From Marsupella aquatica (lineage: Eukaryota; Plantae; Marchantiophyta): 64,000 bases of DNA. Of this stretch, positions 35,501 to 48,305 are shown piece by piece. The translations under genes were made by a program, and so were the position numbers. The DNA lies in the NCBI GenBank assembly GCA_973895155.1, contig OZ316895.1, positions 5,786,687 through 5,850,686 on the forward strand, in the 5' to 3' direction. A model generated the notes under the pieces. It did no database searches and was not told the DNA's origin. It saw only the letters and a program-made list of their open reading frames with translations. The first letter of the stretch is position 1; every line of letters begins with the position of its first letter.

Positions 35501-36896
35501 TCTTTTGTCTACTCCCCTTCAAAATCACTGTCTCTCCCGACCTGACTTGAAGTTCACCATCAATAACGCTCCATTGATGACCATTTGAATCCAACACACC
35601 GAGTGAAATCAGATTCTTACGCATGCCAGGTACATACCTGATTCCTGTGCGCACAACGCCATCAAACATTTGAATCTTCACAGACCCAATTCCCTCAATT
35701 TGACAGGAGTGATCATTTCCCATCAGAACTGAACCGTTTGAAACAAAGTAAGAACTGAAAAACTCACGAATGTAACAAATATGAAAAGAGCCATAATCAA
35801 GAATCCACACATCATCTGCTCTCCTAGATGACGTGCATAGGGCATACCCCCGGCTTCATAAAGCATACTCATCATTGAGTAAATCAACTTCTCCATCAGC
35901 CCTAGCCACATTTGCCGATGAAGTTTCCACTGCCTTTCCCTTACAGTCTCGCTTGAAGTGTCCAACTTGGTTGCACTTCCAACATGTCACCTGCCTCCTC
36001 TGAGGGGATTTACCCTTGGACTTAGATCTGGATTTAGATCTAAACTGGGTTCTACGGTCCCCTGTTGGTCGCTGCATACTCCTCCCACGGTTAACATTGA
36101 GGGCAGCACCAGATGATGAAGGCTGTGACATGATGTGCATCTTCTATTGAAGATCATCACTAAGCAGAGAACTTACCACGTCATTGTATGAAATGGTATC
36201 CCTATCACGATGCAACAACACTCGTGATAGGGATTGGTAAGATGGAGGCAATGAACTAAGAAGCTGCAGAGCCTTCGTCTCATCATTCAAAGTCTCCCCA
36301 AGGTTTTCCAAGTCAATGACCATGTCGTTGAAAACATCCACATGGTCTTGCAACTTCGTACCGGATTCCTTCATCCTGAAACTCATCAGTTTGTAGGAAG
36401 TATAGAGCCGGTTCGACAACTCCTTGCGGTGATACTTGCTCTGCAATTCCGCAAACAAGGACATGCAATCCTTATGTGCACCCAACTGCTTGATGATGGG
36501 AGGCATGAGATAGAGTGTAACACACCACACTCCCTGCTCCTGCATGCGGTCCCATTGTTTCTCATCAACATCGTTTTCACGAGGGCTCAGCAGTTGGCCC
36601 ATCCCTGACGCATAAAGCACTCCCTTCACCTGCTTCTCCCATAGCAAGTAGTCAGAGCGCCCATCATACTTTGTCACTTCATACTTGGGTCCCCCAAGCT
36701 GGAAAGTCCCCATCTTCTTCTTTGGCACTACCGTGAGCTCCGGTAGTAGTACTGCTTCCTCCACCACACGCCGCACCGGTGATGGTATCGGTGTCACGTG
36801 CTCTTCCTCCTGCTCCTCTCTCTGCCCCTGAAACCGCCGTGGTGATCCTCGTGCTTCAAGTTCCACGTCTTCGAAAAACTCCTCCGAATCACTCAT
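32592..36896 (-). CDS. Copia gag-pol polyprotein in one frame interrupted by two stops (TAG at 36144-36146, TGA at 35856-35858)
   Basis: Gag (KYDGRSDYLLW, LLSSLPPSY), zinc knuckle CWKCNQVGHFKRDC, protease WILDYGSFH (site altered from D-S-G), integrase (LWHSRLGH, HSDVWG, LRSDNGGEY, NGVAER), RT (YVDD) and RNase H, in copia order PR-IN-RT-RH. Confidence 0.9.
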
Positions 36897-39800
36897 ATGA
36901 GAAAATCATAAAAAATATCGTTTTTCAGAACTTCTCAAAAAACTCGAAACTCAACACCGCCGCGTAGCCCACAAAGCTAGGAGTCCAAAACTTGTCAACA
37001 ACGAATATTGATCAATTGCACTTGGTGTCGTCACCAAGTCTAACAGCGTAATTGATTTTGCTTAGCCTTCCTCTTTGCATCAAAGAGCCAATCCCGGACT
37101 CAAAACAATCGTCTTGCCTCAATCTCTCCGTTGAGTCAAAACACTTGACGCTTCTCCCTCCGAGTTGATTGCCACGACAAGAAACCCCAATCAGGCAAAA
37201 GAGGACTCCATAGCCGGTCAGAAAATCAGAATGTTTCTTTTGCTCGTCCCGTCGCACACGGTACTCACTTGGTAACAAATCAGCTACCAAAACAAATAGC
37301 TCATCCCGATCTACAAGTAGAGCTACAGCATGCGATGCCTCCTTCGCCGTAGAGCTCACACCGTCGAGAAAACAAACTCTGGTCCCTCCTCTGAAAAACC
37401 GTCGAACACGAATGTTGCCAACTTTCTTCACAAAATCCAGAACGATGAAAACTTAGATCTCTCTGCACCACGAGCTCCGTTCAACGATTTCTTCACACCG
37501 TTAGAAAGCTCTTGCCCCGATCTATCCGTTGAGCCCATAAACTCCAAGTTCAATGCGACGGAACTCCGGGAAATCCACCGACACTCAACGCTGGAAAAAC
37601 CGTCATGAAATCCCATCACGAACACACGTCACCTCCCAAGCATGCTCTGATACCAATTGTTGAGCATAGACGACGATCGCAACGGCAAGCCCATGAACCA
37701 TCCAACGCACAATAGTCGACACAAGAGATACGTGGTTCACCTCCTTGAGGCTACGTCCACGGGAACACACAAGAGAGCTTTACTGAACTCTAAGCCCGTC
37801 GGCTATACCAAGTCTCCACAGTGTAAGCTCTCCCTATCTCTCAAGTGGCTCCATAACAATGAGCCTTGGTTCTACCTCTCCAAGCACACATGTCTCTTAT
37901 GATATAGTGTGCAACTTAGTTGTACCTAACCACATAGTTGTACATAATCACGTAGTTGTACCTAACCACATAGTTGTACCTAATCACGTAGTTGTACCTA
38001 ACCACGTAGTTATACCAACCCACGTTGTTATACCAACCACGTCATACCTAACCTAGACGTAAGAGTAAATACCCAACAACTTAGCAGTTTTTAGACTTAT
38101 TGTATATGGATTCCTTGATTCTGTTAGGGTATGGCTTAATTCTAGTTAACCCTTAGTTAACCCATGGTGATTTTTAGGGGGAGACCTATTTAGGTGATTG
38201 TCTAGAATTTCCCGCTGAGGATACCATATGGTAGCAATTAGTCTAGTCCCCAAGACTAGAGTCAAGGGGGAGTTTGTTGAGTATTGCTCTTAGTCTTATG
38301 ACTCTATGGCTAACCATAGTTAGGCTAACTCAGATTAAGACTAAGCTAAGGTTAGCAGTGATGCATGTTGTATATAACCAGGGCTGATGTCAACCCCTGG
38401 TGGATCTTCAATTCATTGTTGGAGTGGAGCAAGAGAGAAGTAAATGTCTCTTGCTTTCCCATGGACGTAGCCTCAATCGAGATGTGAACCACATACTTGC
38501 TGTGTCGACTACTTTGTATAGTGTTTACATGTGCATGGTGTTTTGGGATAAGGATTATCCCCAACAATTGTGCAGGAGCATGTTTGATTTAATAGATGTC
38601 ACATCTGCTACTAAAGTGGATAGGCATTAATATAAAAAAAAATTACTCCTCTCCGGTCCTTGTTCTATGTTGCGTAGGACTAAGTTGATCAGACAACACA
38701 ATTTTGTGACTGCCAAAATGGCTACGACATTTGGGAAATCATTTTTTCGGGGGAGCTGGTGCAACGCATGTTCTCATTCTACATGCTGATTAGGCCAAGT
38801 TTGGAAAATTTAATATGTGATTTCCTTACTCTTAAGCAACTCTACAATCAAGCATTGAGTGGGCGTCACATTGACTTTACTGATATTTTTTATCCCATCA
38901 CAAGGCATGAGTTCTGTGGATTACAATAGCACCTACATGCCATCAGAAAATTTCTATCATGATGTCATTAGGATTCCCATTTCATAATGTGTTCTTTGGG
39001 TTTAATTGATGCCTTAGGATCTTTTCTAACTTTTGTTCAACCAAAGGCATAGTTTTCTGAAAGCAAGGAGAAAAAAAACTCCACACAACAAAACCCTTCC
39101 GTAAAAGAATTTTGTAGAGATTTAATTAACTGCAACTAGTTGAGATAAACTATGGGGAGCTCAAAATCTAGAATTTGCGTAGGGCGCTAGTGGGGCACTA
39201 GTGGGCTCTCAAAATCTAGAATTTGTTAGTAGGGCTTGAGTAGCAATGGTAGGGTAATCTGGGAGGTAGAATACTGAAGCCTTTCAAAGGAGACCATATG
39301 TGATTTGTGCAGTCTCGTGAAACCAAACTCTCTTTGGTCATGGACATTGTAATATGAGTGCAAGAAAATGTACATCTTTAGCCTCATCGGAAAAACCTTT
39401 GACCAGAAATAAAATGCGTCCATCAGAGAAAAATAAAATACACCCACTCCAAAGCTAGCTACAATAGGCCCTTGTACTGTCCTAAGAACATTCCTTGCAC
39501 TTTAGGGTTGGTAGATGTAGACAATTTGGTGTAGTTTTTTGGGCTATTGGCTTGCACAAAAGGGAGTATTCTCCCAAGTTCTAGGACTGACATTTCACTT
39601 TACATGAATAGTCTGATCCAAAGTGAAAAGGACTCCAAGAAAGGTGCAAACTAAGGGGAAAAAAAACAAGCCCCTGGAAGTTAAGGTGTAGAAGAATATT
39701 TGAAATTGTTTGAGTTAAGCTTCCAATATTTTAGCTCTGATGGGATTGGCACTTGGCAGGGATCAGATGGTGTAAAGACCAATATTTGGTGTGGGGGTGT

Positions 39801-40460
39801 AAATTGAGTTAAAGGGGGGGGGGGGACAAGTTGTTGAGATGGAACTGAGCTGCATGAAACTGGATGGAGGGGAGCTGGGCTCTTCAACCATTGTAGAGTG
39901 GGTTAAGAAATTTGAGAATCAAGAGTTGGTATTACCTCGTTACATGTGAAGCTGGTCAACTTTCTCGTTTTACTCGAGTGTAGAGTCTTGTCCAAGCAAG
40001 CAGTAAGATTCTGAGGATCCCATCAATTGAGGATGTAAGTCATGTCCATGCCTAGTTTGACATGTTCTGATTTCATGTGAGCTTTCCATTCCCCCCACAA
40101 ATGAAATCTCAACAAAAACAAAATTTAATCAATTCTGAACACAAAAAGACAATTCATAAGTCCAAATGTGATCTTGATCCAAATTATTGAACTTGGATAC
40201 CCCTAAATGCCCTTTGTTTGTTCACCTGTGAAAGAAACAAATCCGTTAGATGGCTCGTTGTTTAAAAAGAAACCTTTTTTTACTCTAATTCCATTTCATT
40301 CTAGTAATCTAGCACAATTCCCTAAGTGTCATGCAAGCTTAAGAATCCAAAAACAAGTTTGGAATGGAGATCCTCTCCAAGCTAACCCACAAAATACTGT
40401 CTCGGAAAGGCCAAAAATACCTTTTAGATTTTATAGAAAGGAAGGTTGTTACTTAACCAA

Positions 40461-40725
40461 CTGGCTTTGGTCAATTGGCCAGGGGATAGCCTAGAACCAA
40501 GAGGTCCCAGGTTTAATCTCCCCTCCACACACAAGGGGTGTGGAGGGTATGTGTGTGTATTTGTGAATGGGGTGTAGTGATGGGAGTACTGGTTTCTCCT
40601 TAACCCTAGCGGGTCTAGTTTGGGGCCTTAGTTAAACTCTCTCTACCACCTAGTCTGGTCCCTGTCGGATCCCTGGGTATTGTCCCCTTGTGGCTACCCT
40701 GCATAGAATCTCATGCTCCCAAACA
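40461..40725 (+). mobile_element. tRNA-derived SINE, copy 2
   Basis: A-box-like TGGTCAATTGG (40468) and B-box-like GGTTTAATCTC (40510). The body is homologous to the reverse complement of 2281-2565. Confidence 0.7.
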
Positions 40726-40978
40726 TAATGTTTATCCTTTGTTGGAGGGGTGTGCTTGGGCTTTCAAGGCAAAAAAGGGGGCAGATTTTGTAGAAAAATA
40801 TAAAGCAGGGTAGCAGGTGCTCAAGTGGGGTTCCGCTTTAAACAAGAAAATATCTAGGGAAAGGAAGAAGGGTAACGGTTCACTACTTTTCTCTTTCACA
40901 AAAAAAGAAGTAAGGCAGGCCTCCATCTGGACTAGTGTTGTGATCGAACTGTAGAGATACTCAGGTTCGTGTGGAATA

Positions 40979-41280
40979 CAAGGGTTAGTGCAATGTTTGA
41001 CCTCAGTTGTAACTTCAAAATCAATATAATGTCACAAGTTAAGGCATTTTGGTACACACATCTTCAAGCGTTGGTGTACTGTTTGACCACAGTTGTAACT
41101 TCAAAATCAATATAAGGTTACAAGTCAAAGTATTCTGGTAGACACATCTGCAAAGGGTCGGTGTAATGTTTGAACCCAGTTGTAACTTCAAAACCAATAA
41201 AGTTATAAGTTAAGGCAATTGGTGCACACATATGCAAGGGAGTATTGTTTGACATGTTCTAACTTAAAACAAGGTTATAA
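40979..41280. repeat. ~86-bp tandem repeat x3.5
   Basis: TGTTTGA..CAGTTGTAACTTCAAAA.CAATA..CAAGTTAAGGCA..TGGT.CACACAT recurs. Confidence 0.85.
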
Positions 41281-41680
41281 TATTCTAGAGTTTACATTAC
41301 AATAATCTAACATTAAATACCACTTCAAATAATATTTTCATAACTAGACCCTTACATATGTTTTTTCACCCCTAGTTGTATTTTTAACATTATTTCCCAA
41401 ATTTCTGGTTACGCGTCCTTCAAGAGGTTTGAGAGAACGCTTTATATGTTGCTTTCCAAGCTTATTTATTTTATTGCAATAAAATTGCCTTTTAAATCCA
41501 CTGGAGACAACAAGACTTTGTGTATTTTTTCAATATTGATTATTTTCAAAGCACAACTACCGTCAACATTGTTCTTATTGATTAGGCACCATAAAGCGCA
41601 TAACCTCCTTATGTCAACATCCGAGCATGGATAGGTTTAGTTTGATAGAGTTGTCTATGCCAAGAAGTGACATTATTATT

Positions 41681-41915
41681 ACACGAGTCTTCACACACAA
41701 AAGCAATTTAGATGGTTGGATTCAAAACATCTAACGGTATGAAAGTTCATTAAGAGACCACACGAGTATTCACACCCAAAAGGTAACTGGATGGTTGGAT
41801 CCAGACCATCTAACGGTTCATTTTCACTTGAGAGTCCAGATGAGCCTTCACACGCGTCTTCACACACAGAATGGATGTAGATGGGTTGATCCAAACCATC
41901 TAATCAAACGGCTGG
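41681..41915. repeat. Three units, each containing an imperfect palindrome
   Basis: G.GT.TTCACAC.CA..A followed by the palindrome GATGGTTGGATCCAGACCATC (with variants) three times. Confidence 0.7.
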
Positions 41916-43779
41916 GCATTTACGGGGTGATGTGGAATTTTGACAGAATTTTCAGATTTCAGGAAGCCTCTAACTGGACCCGTAAATATTACCAAATTTA
42001 CAAGGCATATTTATTAACATTTGAAGTACTTTGATGTAAAACCATGCTTTATTCTGTGTATAAAGCAAAAATATAAAATCTAGAGAAGTGTTTTTTGGAA
42101 GATGAAGCTTGGATGGACCGAAATGTAGTCCCTATCCGTCCCCATGGTCAATGTACACTGGTTAGGAAGTTTTACACCAGAAAAGAAAAAGGGACAAGCT
42201 GCATTTTGGATAGAATTCAAATGTGAGAGTTCCATTGATGACTTGAAGATCCTGTGGAGCAAGTCCTCAAGATATCAAGTTTCATTTTTGAAATGTTGTA
42301 TGCTTAGTGTAATGTTGTCTCGACAGGCTCAGGAATGTTGCCTGAAGACGATTGAAGCTTCTTGGTCTCAGCCCAATTCAAAGCCAGTCAAAATAGATCA
42401 CTGAGGTGTGATCCACAAGTCACTTTTTGAGTCAAAAGTGTAAAAGTGCTATCTGACTGAAATATGATATGCTAATAAAGTACATCCAAGCTTGTCAGTC
42501 AACATGTAGGCTTCACAACCAACATGCCAGCCCATCCGGGTTTCAGGTTTTAGATGGGATTGTCTGAAATGAAAAAAATACTAACTGAGCTTGTGCAGTG
42601 TTGTGGTTGGGCTAACCTGATGGTTCCTACAGTACTTATGAGCACCCACCTAACAATGTTTCATTTCTGTGCAATGTTTGCACATTTTGCTGCCAGGTGA
42701 AGTGGCTTGCAAATCTAGTAACATGTTTATAGCGGATTGTGGTTCAAAAGGCCTTGGAAAAGGAGGGTTTGGGCTCATGTTTTGGAAGGTCTATATAGCC
42801 CATAATGCTCTGATAACAGAACAATAATACACTTAAGGGCCTAATATATATGTTTGTCTTTAACTAGGTCCAGGAAATGTAGATGAGAAGTTTTGTAATA
42901 ACTTAAGTAAATGTTGACTGGTGCTGTCTTTCCATTTATCACTATGGGTATTAAGAATGATCAAAGAGGGTTTCAAGAAATTTTGGTGACTTATTCTCCA
43001 AATGCAATGATCTGAACCTACATAGATCTAATGGTCATAATTTGACTTTATAGGTAAGTCAGTTTTTCTAGGCAAAGCGAATTAAGAATGATACAAGTAC
43101 ATTTGAAAGAAGTTTTTGTGACTTGTTTGCCAAAATCAACATCTGACTGTACATAGATAAAATGGTTATAACGTGTCCCTACAAGTAAAGTACACAGTTT
43201 TGCTAGGCATAGAGTATCTTCTTGGTAAATGCTTTGAAAACCTTCAGAGAAAAACTAACTATGGGCACTAAGAATTATACAAAAAGGTGTTTCAGTGACT
43301 TATCAGCCAAATCCAATGATCTTACATTACATAGATCTAATAGGGGGCCTCAAATAGTCATCCATTTCGCTCTTTCACAGGAAGGTCACATTGATGACAT
43401 TGAAGTCATCATGTGACCTGTTGATTACTTCAAGGTTTTTGAGTTGGATTTTTTCAGCCAGGCTGTGGTGGGGGAACTGGCCATTGGGAAAAGAAAAAAA
43501 TTCGCAACTTGAGTGTGCGGGCTAGGTAGTGGCTATGCTGCACACTTTTTGGCCCTTCCCTGCCAAAACCTAGACAGAACATAGACACGGTCTGCCGTCA
43601 GACATCCCTGGAGGCTATATTTGAGTCCCCCTAATGGTCACATTGTGTCCATGAAATAAAGTACTCAATGTTTTATAAGCTGAGCCATCCTTGGCACCTG
43701 CCCAAAATGCAAAAAGGAAACACTGCCACCCACCTTTTCACCCTTTTTGGCTGAACTTAAAGTTCAGCTTTGTGGTGGG

Positions 43780-45413
43780 AGCCCAAAATGACTCCAAACT
43801 CTTTTTCTGCGCATATTTTTTCTCCACATACGTTTTCTCCACATATGCTTTCTCCACATACATATAGAGGCACACAAATATACTTTAGTCACAATATACT
43901 CATTCTAACACTCTTTAGTTTGTATGGAGTACTCAAGATCAAGACAAATTAGAGTACACAGAGTATATTGTATTCAACACAAATAAAGGTACATTGAATG
44001 CTCCCACCTCAATGGAAGTGTGTACTTGATTCTCTCACCCTTCGTTCCATTTAATGTTTTTGTCTTTTACTTGTTTGAATTTCTTAGTGATTTTATATGT
44101 TTCATTTTGAGTAAAATGAATCATATTTATTTTCCTTTGGGTGTAATTGGTCCCCTTGAAAAAGTACGACTCTTAAAGGGTTTCCTTTTTGTTTAGAAGA
44201 AATATATATAAATTATTATTTTTGGGTGAATTTGGTCACCTTGAAGATGATTTTTAAAGGGGCTTCCTTTTTTTTAGAGGAAACAATGGGTAAGGAGCAT
44301 GCCCCATGGTGGTTATCATTATTTTATTTGAGAGTGAAAAGGGATAGAGGATAAGGGTATTTGAAAGAAGGGGAAAATAAAAAAGACAAAAAGAGACATT
44401 TTCTTTCTTTGGCCCGATGGAAGGTTACTTTAAGGGGAGGGATAAAAAGGATTTTAATAATTTTTTTCTTTAATTGTTGAGAGGTTTAAGGGTATTTAAG
44501 GGAGAGATTTTCAAACTGGTCTTTGTTTGTTGGTTGAACTTGTATTTTTTCTTGTAGGAGGGGGTGAACACTAGTTGAGGGCAATTTTTAACAAAGTAGA
44601 AAGATAAAATTAAAATCAAATAATATAGATATTCTTTTGTTCATTTTCTGAATTTCTATATTTTAGTTTGAATAATTATTGGCTGAACTTTCAGTTCAGT
44701 TATGTGATGGGGGGCAAAAAATGCATCCAAAGTATTTTCTTGGCATACAATTTTCTCCTCATACTTATAGAGGCACAAAAATATACTTTGGTCAGTCACA
44801 TTATTTTCACTCACACTAACACTCTTCGGTTTGTATACAATACTCAACCATGGGGTATTGGGTGTATATTGTATATGGTATTACACACAAATGAAAGTAC
44901 ATTAAATGGTCCCCCCTCAATGTAAGTGTGTACTTGATTCTCTCACCATTTAATGTCTTTGTCTTTTAGTTATTAGAATATCTTAATGCTTTTATATATC
45001 TCCCTTTGGGGCCAAAGTCACCTTGAAAATGTACGACTCTTAAAGGGGCTTCCTTTTTGTTTTTGGGTGAAATTGGTCACCTCGAAAAGATTTTTAAAGG
45101 GGTTTCTTTTTTGTTTAGAACAAACCATGAGTAAGGAGCATGCCCCATGGTTGATCTCATTATTTTCTTTTCTTTGAGAATTAAAACAGATAGAGAATCA
45201 AGGGTATTTTAAAGAAGGGGAAAATCAAAAAGACAAAAAGAGATATTTTTATTTTCTGGCCCGGATGGAGGATTACTTTAAGGGGAGAAATAAAAAGGGT
45301 TTAAAGAATTTTTTCTTTAATTGTTGAGAGGTTTAAGGGTATTTAAGGGAGAGATTTTCAAAATGGTCTTTGTTTATATTTTTTTCTTGCTAGAGGGGGC
45401 AGACACTAGTTGA
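43780..45413. repeat. ~800-bp AT-rich tandem duplication, with a partial third copy at 45945-46045
   Basis: 43780-44579 and 44710-45413 share TATAGAGGCACA, GTGTGTACTTGATTCTCTCACC, GTACGACTCTTAAAGGG, GTAAGGAGCATGCCCCATGGT and a GAGGGGG..ACACTAGTTGAG end. Confidence 0.85.
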
Positions 45414-47083
45414 GTGTATCAAACTACACTGTTTACCATAATTAGTATCATAACTTATATAGTTTCCCGGCATAAATAGTATCACACACTAATCAAGGTG
45501 TGACTACAAATCTGAAAAAATATAAATATTAGTACAAGTAGAGAGTTCAGTCTATTGTCATCCGTTCTAATTTGATTTTGATTGTATTTATAACCTGGTT
45601 GTCATTTCATCACACTTTAATGAAATCTGAATTTCAATTGACATTCATTTTTAATTTTATATGCCATCGCAAATATATCTTACTACTAGAAATATTTGTA
45701 CTTTTCATAAGCTATATACATAATATGTGTTCATCACATACTATTTGAGTGTCACCAAAAATAATCTCACTTACTCTAATTTATAATAACATGTATTTAG
45801 TCTCACTTCTTATATAGTCTCACACACATTAATTACGGTGACAGCTTTCAAAAACCTTTGTTCCCAAATACTGTGTGTGAAATTAATTAAGGTAATCAGT
45901 GTAGCTAACCCCTATATTCTATCTTAGAAGTGGGGAGCGATGGATGGTTTAAGGGTCTTTTAAGGGGAGGAACAAAAAAGACAAAGAATGGAGAGATTTC
46001 AGGTTTTATAAATCTTTCCTTTTTCTTGCAAGAGGGGGGTCAACATGAAAACAAAAAAATGTGCTTTTATTCCTTTTGTAGACTTCTCACTCATTTTTCA
46101 GCATAGATATACATTTTTATTTGAGTAATTCTAGAAGAATGGTTGGGTGTGCTTTTAATTAGGTTAGGTATGATATTAATTAGTAGCTAATCAAGTTAGG
46201 TGTGACATTAATTAGGAACTTAGAGATGATTAGCATAAAAGGGAGAGTCTCTCAGTTCATTCACCTCATTCTCTTCTTTTCTCTTCTCTTCTCTTCTCCT
46301 CTCATTGCTTATTCTTTTGCCTTTTTTTGACCAAAGCCACCTCATAGGCATTTGCTGGGGCAAGCGGTGCCATAGGCGTTGCTTGCAACCTACCATTTTC
46401 TTAGGTGGTCATGGAGGGACGTGCTCGATCATTAGGGTCGTTCATAGATAGTTTTCTATCGTATTCTCTTGGACTAGTGCGAGTTTATTGTAGCCGGTGG
46501 TAGCAATGACCTAGTCATTTGCTACAGACCCGCCTATAGTCACTTAATCTAGTACATTTGGATGCAACTCTTTTTTGTTGGAGATATACTTTGGCTTTGT
46601 GTTGTCATCGATGGAGTGTTCTCGATGCATACAATGCTTGTTGCTTGAGAAATATTTTGCCGACGAGCGTGTTCATCCTTTAGATGCTGGTTTGTATATA
46701 CATCAATGAAAGGTTGACGATGAGAGGAGAAAAAGATTAAATTCTTTATGATTTATTTCAGATTAGGTGGTGGACGATTTAGGGTTAATTTAGGTTAGTC
46801 TTTTAGATACATTTAGGTTTTGATACATTTTTTTCTCTTATCAAATAAAAATTACATGTATGAATTCTATTTCAAACTTATATTATTTTGAGGTATCATA
46901 TTATAATGAATTATCATTTCCTTGTATTTATTAAAATTTCTCAAATTTAGATGCAACCCCATCTTATCATGTTTTTGTACTATTGCAAGTCAAATTCGGG
47001 TCAAAGCATTTCAGGACCCGAGTTTTGAACCTGAGACCTCCCCCTCGCGAGAGTGATCACTATACTAATGAAATATTCATGTA

Positions 47084-47173
47084 TTGGTGACAAAAACTAA
47101 TCAGTCACAAATTATAAAGAGTAGTTTAGCTTTTGTGACCAAACCCCTTTGGTCACGGGCATTTTTCACGGTG
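47084..47173. mobile_element. Isolated CACTA-like terminus
   Basis: Ends in CATTTTTCACGGTG (reverse complement CACCGTGAAAAATG). It is preceded by short GTCACAAA/TTTGTGAC subterminal motifs in both orientations. No partner end found. Confidence 0.35.
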
Positions 47174-48305
47174 CCCTCAAATCTTATGACGGGTCTGTCA
47201 TCGTCCTGTGGAAGTATGGAAATCTGGAACTGTGGAGTGTGGACTGTGGAAGCATGGAGTATCAGCCTGACTGACTGTACTACGGCACTGTGCTGGAGCA
47301 GTGGCGACCCTGATTGCCAGGCCAGATTATTGCCAGAATGATCTGCGAGGAACCTGTCCATTCTGCCAGCGGCCATCGCCGTGGCCCTCCGATCTGCGAC
47401 ACCACAGGATGCTCATAATTGAGTCACGTCTCCTTTTGTTGCTTCCTTCTTTCCGTCGAGCTAGCTACAGAATTGGAATGGGCTGCATCTGTACTTGTTT
47501 CTCGTAGAATTCGTGCCCGCCCCAACTCTTAAAATATCGAATGCGGAGCTTGCGGGAGGATTGTGGCATCGAGACATTGTGCCGATTGTGCTCTGTGATA
47601 CGATAAAATCACGGTAAGCTAGTACTATTGTATGACTGTGCTCCATTTTGTCTTCCCATATAATGGCTGTAGGATGCCTGTAGGAGATGGCGACTATTCA
47701 GTAGCGTAGCATGTCCCTCTCCCATATCCCAACTCTCGACGGCGCATGTGCAGCGTGAGTGGCTTTGAGGAGTGAGGAGTGACGAATCGAGGCATCCAGC
47801 CATCCAGGCATCGAGGAATTGAGGCATTGAGCTGTGTGGTACGCGAGTACGGTCTTGTCCTGCTCAGAGAGAGGAAGTTGCTTTCACCTGGAGTGGGCGA
47901 CAGCTTTGAGAGGCCTCAAGTGGAGAACGGAGGGAGTGGAGTGGAGTGGGGTGGAGTGGAGTTTAAGGAATTTTCGGGGTGAGTGAGCTTCATTTGCAAG
48001 CAGTCGTGTGTGGGGAAGGATTTAGGTGAGAAGCAGGGGTTCGCTCCTGTTGAAAGGGGAGTGAGTGAGCTTCATCTGCGAGCTGTTGTGTATCGGGAAG
48101 GGTTTGTTTCATGGTCCATTTTGATTCGCTTTCTGAGTGAGGGCATTTGTAATACAACAGTAGGAAGATTTGTCAGTGAGCTTGGTACATTTCGACTCTT
48201 GTGGTCGGGCTTACCATTTTCTCTTCATTTGTTTGCTTAGTTTCGAGGCGACTTCACTTCGCAAGGGCCGGAGGACGTATTGGAATTCAGTTTTAGGCAA
48301 CGACG

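Larger units (their letters stand above)
31981..38078 (-). mobile_element. Full-length, recent Ty1/copia LTR retrotransposon
   Basis: 421-bp LTRs at 31981-32401 and 37658-38078 (TG..CA), with about 7 differences by eye, all transitions. TSD ACTTA at 31976-31980 and 38079-38083. On the minus strand, PBS TGGTATCAGAGC follows the 5' LTR and PPT GTCAAGGGGAAG precedes the 3' LTR. Confidence 0.97.
30041..38566 (+). mobile_element. Older, internally deleted Ty1/copia LTR retrotransposon (host of the nested insertion)
   Basis: 5' LTR 30041-30302 (TG..CA) followed by a tRNA-iMet-type PBS, TGGTATTAGAGC. PPT TCAAGGGGGAG precedes the 3' LTR at 38275-38566. Internally only the leader and a stop-riddled RT/RNase H remnant remain. 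No matching TSD seen. Confidence 0.85.

Noticed and set aside
36144-36146. TAG within gag as a programmed read-through site
   Set aside because: It lies before the zinc knuckle and is most simply a CAG>TAG mutation.
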